From positions 1 through 64,000 of the IMG/VR virus record IMGVR_UViG_3300027733_000050: a stretch of 64,000 nucleotides of DNA; one strand, written 5' to 3'. Positions within the stretch are counted from its first letter, which is position 1. Every line of letters starts with the position of its first letter. Source of the stretch: a virus. The notes under the pieces are model-generated. The model saw nothing but the letters and a program-made list of their open reading frames with translations. It did not search any database and was not told the origin of the DNA. Below are positions 27,412 through 39,200 of this stretch, in pieces. The position numbers and the translations under genes were made by a program.

Positions 27412-30400
27412 ATGGCAGAAGAACAAGATATAACTCAAGTTGATCAAACTAGTTTAGATATACCTAGCTCCGATCTTGTGGCATCGTCTACAACAGAGGA
27501 GGAGAAGCCTAAACCTACTCCAAAGCCTGATCCTACATTTAGGAAGAAAATTTGGAATGGATTAGTAGCCCTTAATAGCAAAGGTAAAATTAAGTTAAGT
27601 TTAAAATCAGAACAAGAGTTTTATACTAAACTTGATGCTGATCAAGAATATGCTAGACAGTTATATTCTAATTTAAAAAAGGTTGTTCCTGCTGATAATC
27701 TTGATCAGGATGAGTCTGTGTTTCTTTCAAAAATATACGGCAAGCCAACTAAACCTGCTAACAGTGGGATGGCAGCTAATGAGCCAATGACTACTACTGA
27801 TAACAAAACTGCCAAAGTAGAGACCGTTTCAACTGATGCTTGGGAAGAGGCTTTATATACACCAGCTCAAGTAGCTATTGCAAGGAAGGAATTAGATGCT
27901 AACAACAAACAACCTACTCCGTACAAACTTCCTAGTGGCAAGACTGTAATTTTTAAATATAATTCTAAGGGTAACATTACTGCATCATACGCAACTCAGG
28001 GAGAGAAAGCAACTGATAAATTTTTTCAGTTGTCTAATGATGAGAAATTAAAGAAGGAATCTCAGTCAGCATTTTACAATTTTGATCAGATTTATGAAGA
28101 ACATCAAAAAGATCAAGATATTTTAAGAAAAGATCAAGAGGCATTAGATAGCAGAGGAAGTTCATTTGGAGGAATGGAATTGCAAGCTCCAAATAAATTA
28201 TCTAGCATAGATCGAATTAAATATAATAATAGACTTGAGTTATACGATTTAAAAATAAAACAAATTCATGATCAATTTGATGAGATTATAAAGTTTGGTG
28301 TTAATGAAAAGAATTATAAGCGTTTTATAACAATAGATAACAATGGATTTAGCGTTGTAAGCCAGTCAAAGATTGATAGTTTAGCCTCACAAATATTAAC
28401 ACATTATGGAGGAAATAATTCTTCTTATTTAAAAGAGATATTAGTAAAAAAACTGGAATCATATTTGAATGCTTTTCCAGGAATGTTAGAAGCATCAAAA
28501 AATACAGATAAAAAATTAAAATCAAAATTTGAGGCAGCAGCTGATGAAAAAGTTTCTTTGTTGAATAAGGCTCAAAACGAGAAATTATTAACAGAGGAGG
28601 AAATTAAAAATACATCAAAAGCATATTCTAATGAAGCTAAAGTAAAAGGTACTGAATTATCAAAACCTTATTTAGATCAAATCAAAACATTATCTGATCA
28701 ACAAAAATCATTAAACGATAATTTAGAAGCAGAGTCTAAAAAGTTTTTCTCTACTTTAACTGAAACAGATCCTGACATTAAGGCTTTATATGATAGTTAT
28801 TTAGCACAGGCTAAAGAGTTAGAAAATAGTCAATATAATAATCAAGAAAGAAATACATTAAATAAAAAATTTTATGATGACTTTGTTAAGAAAGCATCTC
28901 CTTTTTTTGAGGCTAAACAAAAGGAATTTAACGATAAATATAAAACAACTTTTGATCAAATAGGTCTTCAGATAAATGACTTAGCAAAAGAAATGAATGT
29001 TAAGTTAGCTGATTTATCAAGATCTTATAACGATAAATTTAGACTTTACCAGGATCAAAGGGTTGCACAGGGGAATAAAAAAATAGCTGATATACAAAAA
29101 CAGTTTCAAGCGATGGGTATATCAAAGGAGCTTTCTGATGAATATACAAGGGTATGGAAGGAAGAATTTGATAAATATCAATCTAAAAGAACAGCTCAAA
29201 TATATACTAAAAATGAGGTGGATAATTTTGGCCCTTTAGGATTATTTACAGAGTTTGGTAAAAGTGTATGGAATAATTTTGGCGGCACTTTAGAAAATGC
29301 TGGTACTGTTCTAGATTTTGATGCATTAAAGATATTAGGGGCTGAAATGAATAGAGGAGAGTACGGATTTAGTATTCCAGATATATCATTAAAAAGTTGG
29401 AAGGATATACTTAATCCATATAAAATTGCTGGATCTACAGGTCAGTTGGTTGGAAGAATGGTTCCACAAATTGGAGGTCAAATATTATTAGGATATGCAA
29501 CAGGTGGTGCTTCTTTATATGCTAGGGTTGCTCTTCAGACAGTTGCAGGTTATGCTTTTGAAACCATAGATATGGCTGGCGGTAAGTATAATGAAATATT
29601 AATGAAAACTGGTGATCCAGCGAAGGCTAGTAAAGCAGCTGAAGATTTAGCCTTTTTAAATTTAAGACTTTTGCCAACATATGGCTTAGAGGTGTTACCT
29701 TTTTTTGAAGAATTTAAAAATATTGTTAAAGGCAAAAGTTTACTTTCATATGCAGGAAGAGCAGGTATTGCTGGTGGAACAGAAATGTTAACAGAGACAT
29801 TTTTACAAGAACTTCCTCAGAATGCAATGGAGAGGAAAGTAGAGTTGGATGCTATGTACAATGCAAATGTAAGCCTTTCTGATATACTATTTACTAATGG
29901 TAAGACCTTGACTGATAAATCTGGTAAGGTATTAATTGATCAAGAATATCAAAGAACGATTAAGACAGATGCATCAGGTGATTTAAAGAATACATTTTTA
30001 AATGTAGGGCCATCATCATTTTTAATGGCGGCTCTTCCACATGCTGGAAGCTATGCTAAAACGACATATCAAGAGCTTTCTGGTAAAAGGATGTTTGCTA
30101 AATATAAATTAGGATTAGTAAACAGTAATCTTGCTAAACAAAAATTATTTGAGATTTTATTAACTAGAGGTGAAAATACAGCAGGGGCATTTTTAACTGC
30201 AATGCAAACATCTGGTATGGTATCAGAGGTAGAATTTAATGATATGTTATCATCGTTAGAGGAGATGCAAAGTCTAGCTGGTCTTTCTAAAAGAGAGAAA
30301 TTAAGCAAAGAAGACACCATGTTGTTAGGTGCTTTAATGTTTGAATATAAAACTCAAGAGAAGGCTTTAGCAAATCCAGAATTAACAGCTGATGAGAAAT

Positions 30401-32751
30401 CATTAATAGAGGAAAGATTAAAATATTCAAAGGATAACTTCAATAATTTTTTAAGAGGCAAAAAATCTGATTTTGTTATATTTAGAATAGGCAATACTGA
30501 TCACATAGTTAGCTACGATCAACTAGACAGATTAATGAATGATCAGGAATTTGTTAATAGCACAAAAGGTTCGTTCTCTATTTTTGTTGCTGGTAGTCAA
30601 GTAAATTCTAAGGGTGAAAACCTAAAAGAAAAGGCTATGAAAGTATTTGAGGTTCAGCCTTTAACTCAAGAACAGATTGATGACATGGAAAGGAATGGCA
30701 CTCCAGTGATGGATATATTTGCTAATACAGAGATTCCTAACCTAAATAGTTTAGTTCAAGATTTAGAAGAAAGAATGAATAATGCTGAGGAGATTGATGA
30801 GAAGGACATGAACTCTGCTATTGGAGGATTATACAAACAATTGCAAGATATACTTGACAACCATTACAACACTGAGAACGGAAAGAGAGCTGCTCAAATG
30901 TTGATGGATACAATTGAAAAACTTGAAAATTATGAATTTACAACAAAAGAAGAAACTGTCGATGTTAACGAGAGAACAACAACTCAAAGTATTAGAGAGG
31001 TTGTCAACGCAACAAAAAACATCTTTGGAAGGATCACAGGAACAGCTAAAAGCGGAGCCAAAAAATTCGCAAGAATCGTCACAGGATTCAAGCAGCAAGG
31101 AAAGTATTCAGTAGAAATCAACGAGAAGGATGAGGTTATTTTAACTCCTATGAGTGGAGCCCCTATCGTTCTTGGAAATAGAAAGGATTTAAATGGTAAG
31201 GTAAAGTTTGTTTCGTCTAGCTTTAGCGGAAAGACAGGCAAGATATCTACCATTACCTTCAGAGTAAACGAGGCTAACGAAAACGGTGTGATGCCAGAGG
31301 TTACCTTGTCTACAGCAGATGGATTTAGCTACGATGAATTGCTTGACATGGCTATCGATTTGAGGGCGATGGAGGTTGGTGAGGTTACTACAGAGGAGTT
31401 TGACAATGCAGTAACTGAGGTTGTTACAGGACAGAAGACTGTAAAGACTTTCCCTAATATTGGCAAGGCAGAGCAGAAGGCTAAAGCAAAAGCAGAGGCA
31501 GAAGCACAACAGCAAGCTGCTCCAGAGCAAGCACCGCAACAGACACCAGAGCAGATCAATCAAAGGGTACAGGTATTGCAGGCACAGCAGGAAGAGGAGT
31601 TAAAGGCTGCACAGGATATGATAAAGACATCAAACATCCGTAGCAGTGGAATGACCTTGAGCGAGGCTATAAAGGCAAGAGATGAGAAGGTAAAACAAAT
31701 CAGGGCTAAGTATAAAGTTCTTATTGATAACGCTAAGAAAGGCGTTACAGAGGAAACTCAGCAGGCTGAAGCAGAGCAGCAGCAGAATAAGGATGTTGTA
31801 GACATTACTTCAGACAACATTGAAGATTTGCAAAACATTCCTACTGAAAATAAATTTCAAAAGCGAGTGTTAAATGCGATACCTAACATATTAAAGGCGT
31901 TAGGTAAAATAGTTCCAGGAGTGAAGGTGTCTATTCACTTGACTACACAGTCTTACAGAGACAGTGTACTAAGAGATTCTAATGGAACAAATGATGGAAG
32001 AGGTACAAAGGGATATTATTATAGGGATAGCAAGACCATAAATATTGACTTATCAAAAATAAGCTCTATGGATGGTATGGTTACTACTTTCCACGAAGCG
32101 TTTCATGGTATGTATAAGGAGCTTCCTGATGGATTAAAAAATATTCTTTATGAATCTATCCAGACAATTGTTATGGGAAGTAGTTTTAGATTTAAAATAA
32201 AAACAAAATCTTATTTCAATAAGTTTGCTAAACAGTATACGAATAAAGATAAAAAGAAAGAGAAAGCAATACAGCAGGAAGAAGCAGTTGTTGAGTTCTT
32301 GGGCTATATGGCATCTGGTGGAGTTACATTAACTGTTCCAGGGTATAAGATGTTTATTGAGGCGTTGAACAAAATCCTAGATAAGATCGGTTTAGGTAGC
32401 TTTAAGTTCACCACATCTAATCAGGTAAAAGACTTTGCCAAGGGAGTTGTTAACGCAATGAAGACTGGACAGGATATTACTGAGTTAGTTCCACCATCAA
32501 CTCAAACGCAGCAAGGACAGCAGGATATCTCATTCAGAAATGAAACGGCTAAACTATTCGATCAGGTAAATAATTTAAAGGAAAAGGTTCAGGAAGCGGA
32601 AAATACAGCAGAAAAGCGTAAATTCGCAAGTGAAAGAAGAGAAATGTTGGCCGAGAATCCTTCCGTTAAGCTGATTGACGATAACTTCAAGAATATCATA
32701 GATCAGTTGAAGCAGAACGAAGAGTTTGAGTTTAAGGGCCCTTGCTTCTAA
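27412..32751 (+). CDS. giant virion protein (1779 aa), coiled-coil-rich, with a C-terminal zincin-like HExxH module
   Basis: Long K/E/Q-rich helical regions; ..INIDLSKISSMDGMVTTFHEAFHGM.. (HEAFH at nt 32092-32106), paralogous to the HExxH module of the 2914-aa protein; QQDISFRNE linker-type motif near the C-terminus. Confidence 0.55.
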   Translation: MAEEQDITQVDQTSLDIPSSDLVASSTTEEEKPKPTPKPDPTFRKKIWNGLVALNSKGKIKLSLKSEQEFYTKLDADQEYARQLYSNLKKVVPADNLDQDESVFLSKIYGKPTKPANSGMAANEPMTTTDNKTAKVETVSTDAWEEALYTPAQVAIARKELDANNKQPTPYKLPSGKTVIFKYNSKGNITASYATQGEKATDKFFQLSNDEKLKKESQSAFYNFDQIYEEHQKDQDILRKDQEALDSRGSSFGGMELQAPNKLSSIDRIKYNNRLELYDLKIKQIHDQFDEIIKFGVNEKNYKRFITIDNNGFSVVSQSKIDSLASQILTHYGGNNSSYLKEILVKKLESYLNAFPGMLEASKNTDKKLKSKFEAAADEKVSLLNKAQNEKLLTEEEIKNTSKAYSNEAKVKGTELSKPYLDQIKTLSDQQKSLNDNLEAESKKFFSTLTETDPDIKALYDSYLAQAKELENSQYNNQERNTLNKKFYDDFVKKASPFFEAKQKEFNDKYKTTFDQIGLQINDLAKEMNVKLADLSRSYNDKFRLYQDQRVAQGNKKIADIQKQFQAMGISKELSDEYTRVWKEEFDKYQSKRTAQIYTKNEVDNFGPLGLFTEFGKSVWNNFGGTLENAGTVLDFDALKILGAEMNRGEYGFSIPDISLKSWKDILNPYKIAGSTGQLVGRMVPQIGGQILLGYATGGASLYARVALQTVAGYAFETIDMAGGKYNEILMKTGDPAKASKAAEDLAFLNLRLLPTYGLEVLPFFEEFKNIVKGKSLLSYAGRAGIAGGTEMLTETFLQELPQNAMERKVELDAMYNANVSLSDILFTNGKTLTDKSGKVLIDQEYQRTIKTDASGDLKNTFLNVGPSSFLMAALPHAGSYAKTTYQELSGKRMFAKYKLGLVNSNLAKQKLFEILLTRGENTAGAFLTAMQTSGMVSEVEFNDMLSSLEEMQSLAGLSKREKLSKEDTMLLGALMFEYKTQEKALANPELTADEKSLIEERLKYSKDNFNNFLRGKKSDFVIFRIGNTDHIVSYDQLDRLMNDQEFVNSTKGSFSIFVAGSQVNSKGENLKEKAMKVFEVQPLTQEQIDDMERNGTPVMDIFANTEIPNLNSLVQDLEERMNNAEEIDEKDMNSAIGGLYKQLQDILDNHYNTENGKRAAQMLMDTIEKLENYEFTTKEETVDVNERTTTQSIREVVNATKNIFGRITGTAKSGAKKFARIVTGFKQQGKYSVEINEKDEVILTPMSGAPIVLGNRKDLNGKVKFVSSSFSGKTGKISTITFRVNEANENGVMPEVTLSTADGFSYDELLDMAIDLRAMEVGEVTTEEFDNAVTEVVTGQKTVKTFPNIGKAEQKAKAKAEAEAQQQAAPEQAPQQTPEQINQRVQVLQAQQEEELKAAQDMIKTSNIRSSGMTLSEAIKARDEKVKQIRAKYKVLIDNAKKGVTEETQQAEAEQQQNKDVVDITSDNIEDLQNIPTENKFQKRVLNAIPNILKALGKIVPGVKVSIHLTTQSYRDSVLRDSNGTNDGRGTKGYYYRDSKTINIDLSKISSMDGMVTTFHEAFHGMYKELPDGLKNILYESIQTIVMGSSFRFKIKTKSYFNKFAKQYTNKDKKKEKAIQQEEAVVEFLGYMASGGVTLTVPGYKMFIEALNKILDKIGLGSFKFTTSNQVKDFAKGVVNAMKTGQDITELVPPSTQTQQGQQDISFRNETAKLFDQVNNLKEKVQEAENTAEKRKFASERREMLAENPSVKLIDDNFKNIIDQLKQNEEFEFKGPCF

Positions 32752-32765
32752 AATAAATTACTACA

Positions 32766-33263
32766 ATGATTAAAACAGAAAAATTATCTAAAGATGTTGT
32801 GGCGATCCTAAATCATGGGATGCACAAGGAATTTGATCACATGTTAGCGTACAGAGGTGCTGCTAATTGGTGTAACAATAACGGTTTCTTTAAGGCTGCT
32901 GAGTATTTTGCTAAGGAGGCTGAAGAGGAATTTGGTCACGCTAAGAAGTATCAAGACTTCATGACTGACTGGAACGTAACACCAGATATCCCTAACCTTG
33001 ATCAACCAGTGATGGATTTTGAGAATCTTTGTGATGTTATCGAGACTATCTATGGCAACGAACTAGAGTTATTCCATACATACCAGGAGAACAGCACAGA
33101 GTTGTTTAATTCAGGCGAGATTGCGGTATTTGATTTCATGCAGTTTTACAGAAAGGCACAGAACGATTCTGTTAAGACATACAGCGATATGTTGAATATT
33201 TTAACTGGCACAAATTTAGATGATAAGTTCCAAATGTTAATGTTGGAAGAAAAACTATTTTAA
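32766..33263 (+). CDS. ferritin (FtnA-like non-heme ferritin)
   Basis: 165 aa; LNHGMHKEFDHMLAYRGAANWCNNNGFFKAAEYFAKEAEEEFGHAKKYQDFMTDWN aligns with bacterial ferritin [54 protein letters not shown]; ExxH ferroxidase motifs are retained; FDFMQFYRKAQ matches FNFLQWYVSEQ. Confidence 0.7.
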   Translation: MIKTEKLSKDVVAILNHGMHKEFDHMLAYRGAANWCNNNGFFKAAEYFAKEAEEEFGHAKKYQDFMTDWNVTPDIPNLDQPVMDFENLCDVIETIYGNELELFHTYQENSTELFNSGEIAVFDFMQFYRKAQNDSVKTYSDMLNILTGTNLDDKFQMLMLEEKLF

Positions 33264-33265
33264 TT

Positions 33266-36200
33266 ATGGCAAAACCTTGTATAGTAAAATATAAAGGAAA
33301 GGAATACAGTGTCGAGCAGTTCTCTGCTATGTTACACGATGGTTTGTTAAACAATCTTATTGAGTCAGGAGCAATCGACCAGAACAAGCTGAAAGGTGAT
33401 CTGAAGCTGTTGCAGGATAATGAGATTAGTTTTCAGTTAGAAAATATATTTTTAAATAGTCCTGACAAGCTATCTAGCTTAACAGAGGTTGCAAATTTTT
33501 TAAATGATTTTATAAAGGCAAACAAACTTTTTGAAGATAAAATAGAAAATGTTGCTGACGATATAGTTGTAAAGGAGTTTGCAAATCATATATCAAAGGA
33601 ATTAAAGGCATGGGACAAGGTGAAGGGATCTAAATATATTGGATTTTATGACGAAGATATTCCAGTTAGATTAAATCCAGAGCTACAAAAATTTGCAGAA
33701 AAAAGATACGGAAGAAAGTTACAAGATTTTGAGGTATCGTTGTATCATATTGTAAGTGCATTTGCATCTCCATCGGCCGATCCTAAGTTTGATTCTTCTA
33801 AGGGACTAGAGGTATTTGACAAGTATATGAAAACTGGTGTATTGACAGGATATACAGACAAGCAGGCAACTGAATGGGAAAAAAATGCAAAGGGGAAAAA
33901 AGTAGATACTGGAAGACTAAAATTTGATAAGAATGGAAATCCTGTTATGAAGCAGGTTGCAAAGGCATATGCCGTTGACTCTTTAGAAAAAGTTAAGACA
34001 GTTATCGATAAATTTAATGGAGATGTGGAGAAGGCTGTTAACTGGTTATTTTCTATACATAGCTATCAAGAACTTTCGGATATTATGAACCTTCCTACAA
34101 AAGGGGAAAAGGCATTATCTGAAAATGAATATTTATCTAAGTCAGATGGGGGGTACGGTGTATTTGCTGTAACTGGGGTAAAGCTAGGATCTTACATATT
34201 AAATAGAGTTGGCAATTACTCTACCGTTACAAAGGATATGTGGTACGCAAGAACCATGGCAAGGTTAGCAGGCGAGTCGTTATTAGAGGATGGTGAAGCT
34301 ATTAAAAGTCCATGGAGCTTAACAAAGGCTAATCTAAGAAAGAGAGTATTGGCTGATAAGGCTTTTGCTATAGTGGCCAAAAAATTAAAGACTACCCCAG
34401 CAATTATTCAGCAAAGAATATGGGACTTTGAAAAGAGACTGTATGAACAATTGGGGACAGTAGAAAAGGAAGGATATGCATCAGAAGGCTTTATTAAAAA
34501 AGCGAAGGAGATTCTTGGGGGAGATATTAGTTTCAGATTCGAGAAGTCTGGTACAGCTACCATAAAGAACGCTCCTAAGGGAACATACTTGAACATAGGA
34601 TTGCTGAAGGGCGAGACTGAAGAGTTGATATCTATTGACGAGGTTTTGTCTAACTTACCTTCAGATGTCAAGGTTGTAAAGCAGAGACAGGTTACAGGAA
34701 CGGAGCCTACTCTTGCGTTGCAGATCAGCAGAAAGATGAGCGATCAAGAAATGGAGGACTTCAGAAACGCTACTGCACAGATGGCTATCCCTCAGTTAAG
34801 CGATGGCAAGGGCGTTATACATGGCACGCAGGAGTGGGGAGAGTTCAACCCAGAGTTCTTTGTATTGCCTAACAATAAGCAGCTGTCAAGCATCGAAGGT
34901 GTTGAGATAACTAGCGTAGAGCCTAACGAAGAAGGGCCTAGTTTCCGTAGAGATGATATTGAGGCTACTGCTAAGGCGTTAGAGGGAGTTGGGTTAACTA
35001 ACATATGGCAGGCTGTAATAGGCAATAGAAAATATGGCAAGCCTGTAAGAGTTAAAGAGGATGGGAAAACATTTACTATTAAAAGAACAGATCCTGCTAC
35101 CAATGAGCCGTATGGATTTGAGCTTGGTGATGGATCGCCATATATTAGAACAGAGAGTGGTGAGTACACTAATGGTGACTCAACTTATGAATCATGGAAT
35201 CAATTCCTTCAAATTAACGAAGGTTCTGGAGTTTTAGATGGCATTTCAGATTTAAATGACACTACAGAGGCTGAGGTAAGGGCTAGAGAAAAAGATTTAA
35301 ATGTATCTTTTAATACTTTAAGCGACCTAGGATTCTGGAATAAGGCTAGCAATATTGTTGCTAATTTTTTAGGTTACGATTCTCCAATGCAAGCACAGGA
35401 GCAGAGCAAGGAAGATACTGAGATATGGAAGAATTTAGTTTCTAAGGCTGTAGATTTATTTAACTCTGGAAAGATTGAAAATATAGTTGATTTTTATAGT
35501 AAAGTATTTGGAATGTCTAAGGAGGAAGCCACTGACAGAAGTGGATACAAGACACCGTTTACTTATTTATCAGAGCAATATTATGATGCAAAGGATAACG
35601 GAAGTAATCCTAACTTAGTAAAGGCAGTTGAAGATCAAATTGGTGAGCAAGGTGGTATTTCATTCCGTTTGACAGAGCCATCAGGCGTTTCTTACAACGA
35701 AACATTAAAGATGGTGGGATTAACTCCATCATCATTAGAAGAATATGCAAAGACAATAAAGGTAACTCAACGACAAAAAAGAATTCCTGAGGCACAAAAG
35801 GCAGCAGAGGAATATAGAAAGGGTAACATAACTCAGGAACAGTATATAAAAACAGTAAGAGAGAAGCAGCCGATTACTCCTTTAAAATCTGTGCCAGTAA
35901 TACCATCCCTAAAAAGAGTTGTTACAAGTCTTGCTACCGACAAAGTAGAGAAAGGAATTATAGGATTAACAAAAGAGGTTCCTAACGGCACGCTGGTAGG
36001 TTTAAGATTAGATATTCCTGCTTACGATAGCTACGATACTTGGGTAGTGTCTGTACACGATGGTGCAAACAGAACTAGCAAAGGTGGATCTATTGGCTAT
36101 GGCCAGGCTGCTGTAATTAAAAATGTAACATTTGGTGCAGAGCCTAAGGCTACATTAGCAATTGCTGTAGATAAAGCAAAGGCTCCTATCGCTCGTATGT

Positions 36201-39200
36201 TTGGGGAGTGGGTAAACGAGGATCCACAGTCTGTAAAAGAAAGAGCAGAGAAGTTAATGAACGATCCTGCTTGGACACAGGTAGGAATGAATCCTTTTAG
36301 ACACAGCTGGTTTTATGACAAGGCTAACGGCAATCCTGTAATATCTGCTGACGAGGTTATTCAAGTAGGTGCTTTGGTATTGGCAAAGAATGTTGTGATG
36401 GGATCGATTACTGACAAGCGTTTTGCTACTAAAAATGACAAGGGAGAACAGATATTCTTCCGTAAAGAAGACAAGGTAAAGGGAAGCTACTTCGAGCCTG
36501 CGATGACAACTGACTCTAAGGGCAACTATGTATTCTTCCACTTCTCTACGGCTCCGTTGAAGTCATTGATGAAGGGTATCGACTCAAGAAAATACTACAG
36601 CACCAGAACATCGAGAGATGAGAAGGGATTGCAGTACGGTGTAGCATCTTACTATACAAAGCCTACAGACAGCGAGAATGTTGTTGGTGGGGATAAGTAT
36701 TATGTAACGATATCTCCTGACAAGGTATACCCAATGGATCTTGATCCTAACGGATACAGAGCTGCGGCAGAGAAGAAGATTAAGAAGAACACACCGTTCA
36801 GAGAGTCTAAGATCAGCAAGGAGATTGCTAATGCAGCTGCACGAGATGGCTACGAGATGGCCGTTGGAGAGTGGAGCTTTGACAGATCTGGATTAACCAA
36901 GAGCGAGATCCCTGAGTTCAGAGGTGATGCATTGGTTCCGTTGAAGCCTACAGAGATTACAGGCAAAGAAAAGTTCAAGACAGGAGAAGAAAGAGGTATC
37001 AAGACCGAGCATCCAGACAGAGCTAGATTGGCATTCAATCAGCAGGTAGAGGATCTTGCATCTGATATTGACTCTTATAAGTCTAGCAAGGGTAAGTTCG
37101 ATGATGCCTATGAGATCGCATCTACTGTTATGGTATACGGCGGTATCGTAGAGGATTACGGAACACCTAACCAGAGAGTAAGACCTCTTACAATGAAAGA
37201 GTTCGACACCATGACCAAGGGATTATCTCCTAAGCTAAAGCAAAGAGCTGAGAAGATAAGAGGTCAGATGGAGGATAATCAAGGTATGTCCTTCAGAATA
37301 GATGAAAAAGAAATAGAAAAACCTACAAAAAATGCTGATGGATCATTAAGATATAATTTTAATTTAATACAAAATGGGAAAAAGGTTGGTAATGTTGTTT
37401 ATGATATTTTAAAAAATAAATTAATAATCCAATCAATTAATTCTTTTAAAAATGGAATCGGTAAATTATATATTGAACAATTAAAAAATAAATATCCAGA
37501 CAAAAAAATAACTGGTTATTCAACTGTATCAGCAAGAGGGTTTTGGGAAAAAATGGGGGCCATTTTTAATGAAAGCGATAAACAAGAAAATTATGATGAT
37601 GACAGTGGCGATTTGACTGGATTTGAACTTCCAAACGAAATCTCCTTCAGAATAGACGAAAACTATAAGAACAATATTGAAAAGCAGTTAGGAAAGTTTG
37701 ACGAGCAAAATAAAAATAAAAAATTTCCATCTGCATTAGAGGTTGCTAAGTACGTATTACCGAAAGATATATTTGATCGATACAGAAATCTTTATGAGAT
37801 GGCTGCTAGAAATAATATTCAAGTTACTATTGACTTAGAGAGGTTGCCGTATAACGCAGTTGCAACTTACTCATATGGATTTATAAATCTTAGTAAATTA
37901 AAATCCTCTTATAATATAAATAACTACGAAGAGTTTGCTGAGGTTTTTAATCATGAAATTATTCATGGATTGTTAAGTAAAGGAATTGATGGATTTACAA
38001 AGAAATTTGATTTTCATAACAATTTACAAAACATAATGCAAGCTGTAATAGATAACTCTGATTCTGCAAGTGAAAATGTTAAAGCAATAATATCTTATAT
38101 TGTAGAGGCTGGTGAGGAATTTAAGGTAAAAGATTATTATAATGCAACAAAGGAAGAATCAGAATCGGGTAATTATAGAACTGTTAATGATTTAGAAGAG
38201 TTAATTACATATGCATTTACGAATACTGAATTTGCAGAGTTCTTAGATTCTATACCAGCATCAAAAGATATTGATGTAAAAGGTAAATCTATTTTTCAAC
38301 AGTTAAAAAATATTATTAGAGACTATATAAAAAAATTAGTTAAGGGGCCTACAGCACTTGATGAAATTAATTCTGTTTTAGATAAATTTTTGGATACAGC
38401 TTGGAATGAGCAAGACATCGCTGAAAGAAATAGCCAGTATAATTGGGGACTAAAGTTTAATGCTGACGAAATCTCCTTCAGAGCAGACATGGGCCAGAGA
38501 AGGATCACCAGCAACCCAAGATTAATGGCGATGCTGTATGGTGCTAACTTCAAGGACTTGAGAAGAGCTATCAATATATCTCCAGACTCATTCTATACTC
38601 CACAAAAATATTCACAGCTGAAGCCACAGATAGCAAACATGTCGGATGCAGAGTTGCTAGCAGCTATCGATGTAGATACAGCATTAGAGGATATATTCCG
38701 TAGCACAGATGGGCCAATCGTTGGTCTTGCTTTTATAGAGTACATCAACAGACTAAAGAATCTGATAGCAAACACTACAGATCAAAATGATATTGATCTT
38801 TACGAAGAGTTAATTCAAAATGCTTACGATTCTGTTGCTCCATTTACAACGAAGGTTGCTCAGATTTTAAGACAACTTGGAGAGATCAAGTCAACGATTA
38901 AGAAAGATGAGGTTCAGTTTTATCTTGACATGATCGAGTCATTGATTAATGCAAATGGTTATATGATTAATGAGGATCATAGGGATGCATTAAGAGGAAT
39001 CATAGAGGTTGTATTAAACAGCAAGAAGAACTATACAACATTGTTCCAGGATTTAGTAAACAAAGGTAGTGGTGTTACGGCACAGGACATACAAGATCTA
39101 AACATGGCAGAGGTTGAACTACAGAACGCTAACGCTGCATTGAACATGATCGTGGCATTCTTATCGCCTCCATCATCAAAAGATTTCTGGTCTGGAGTGT

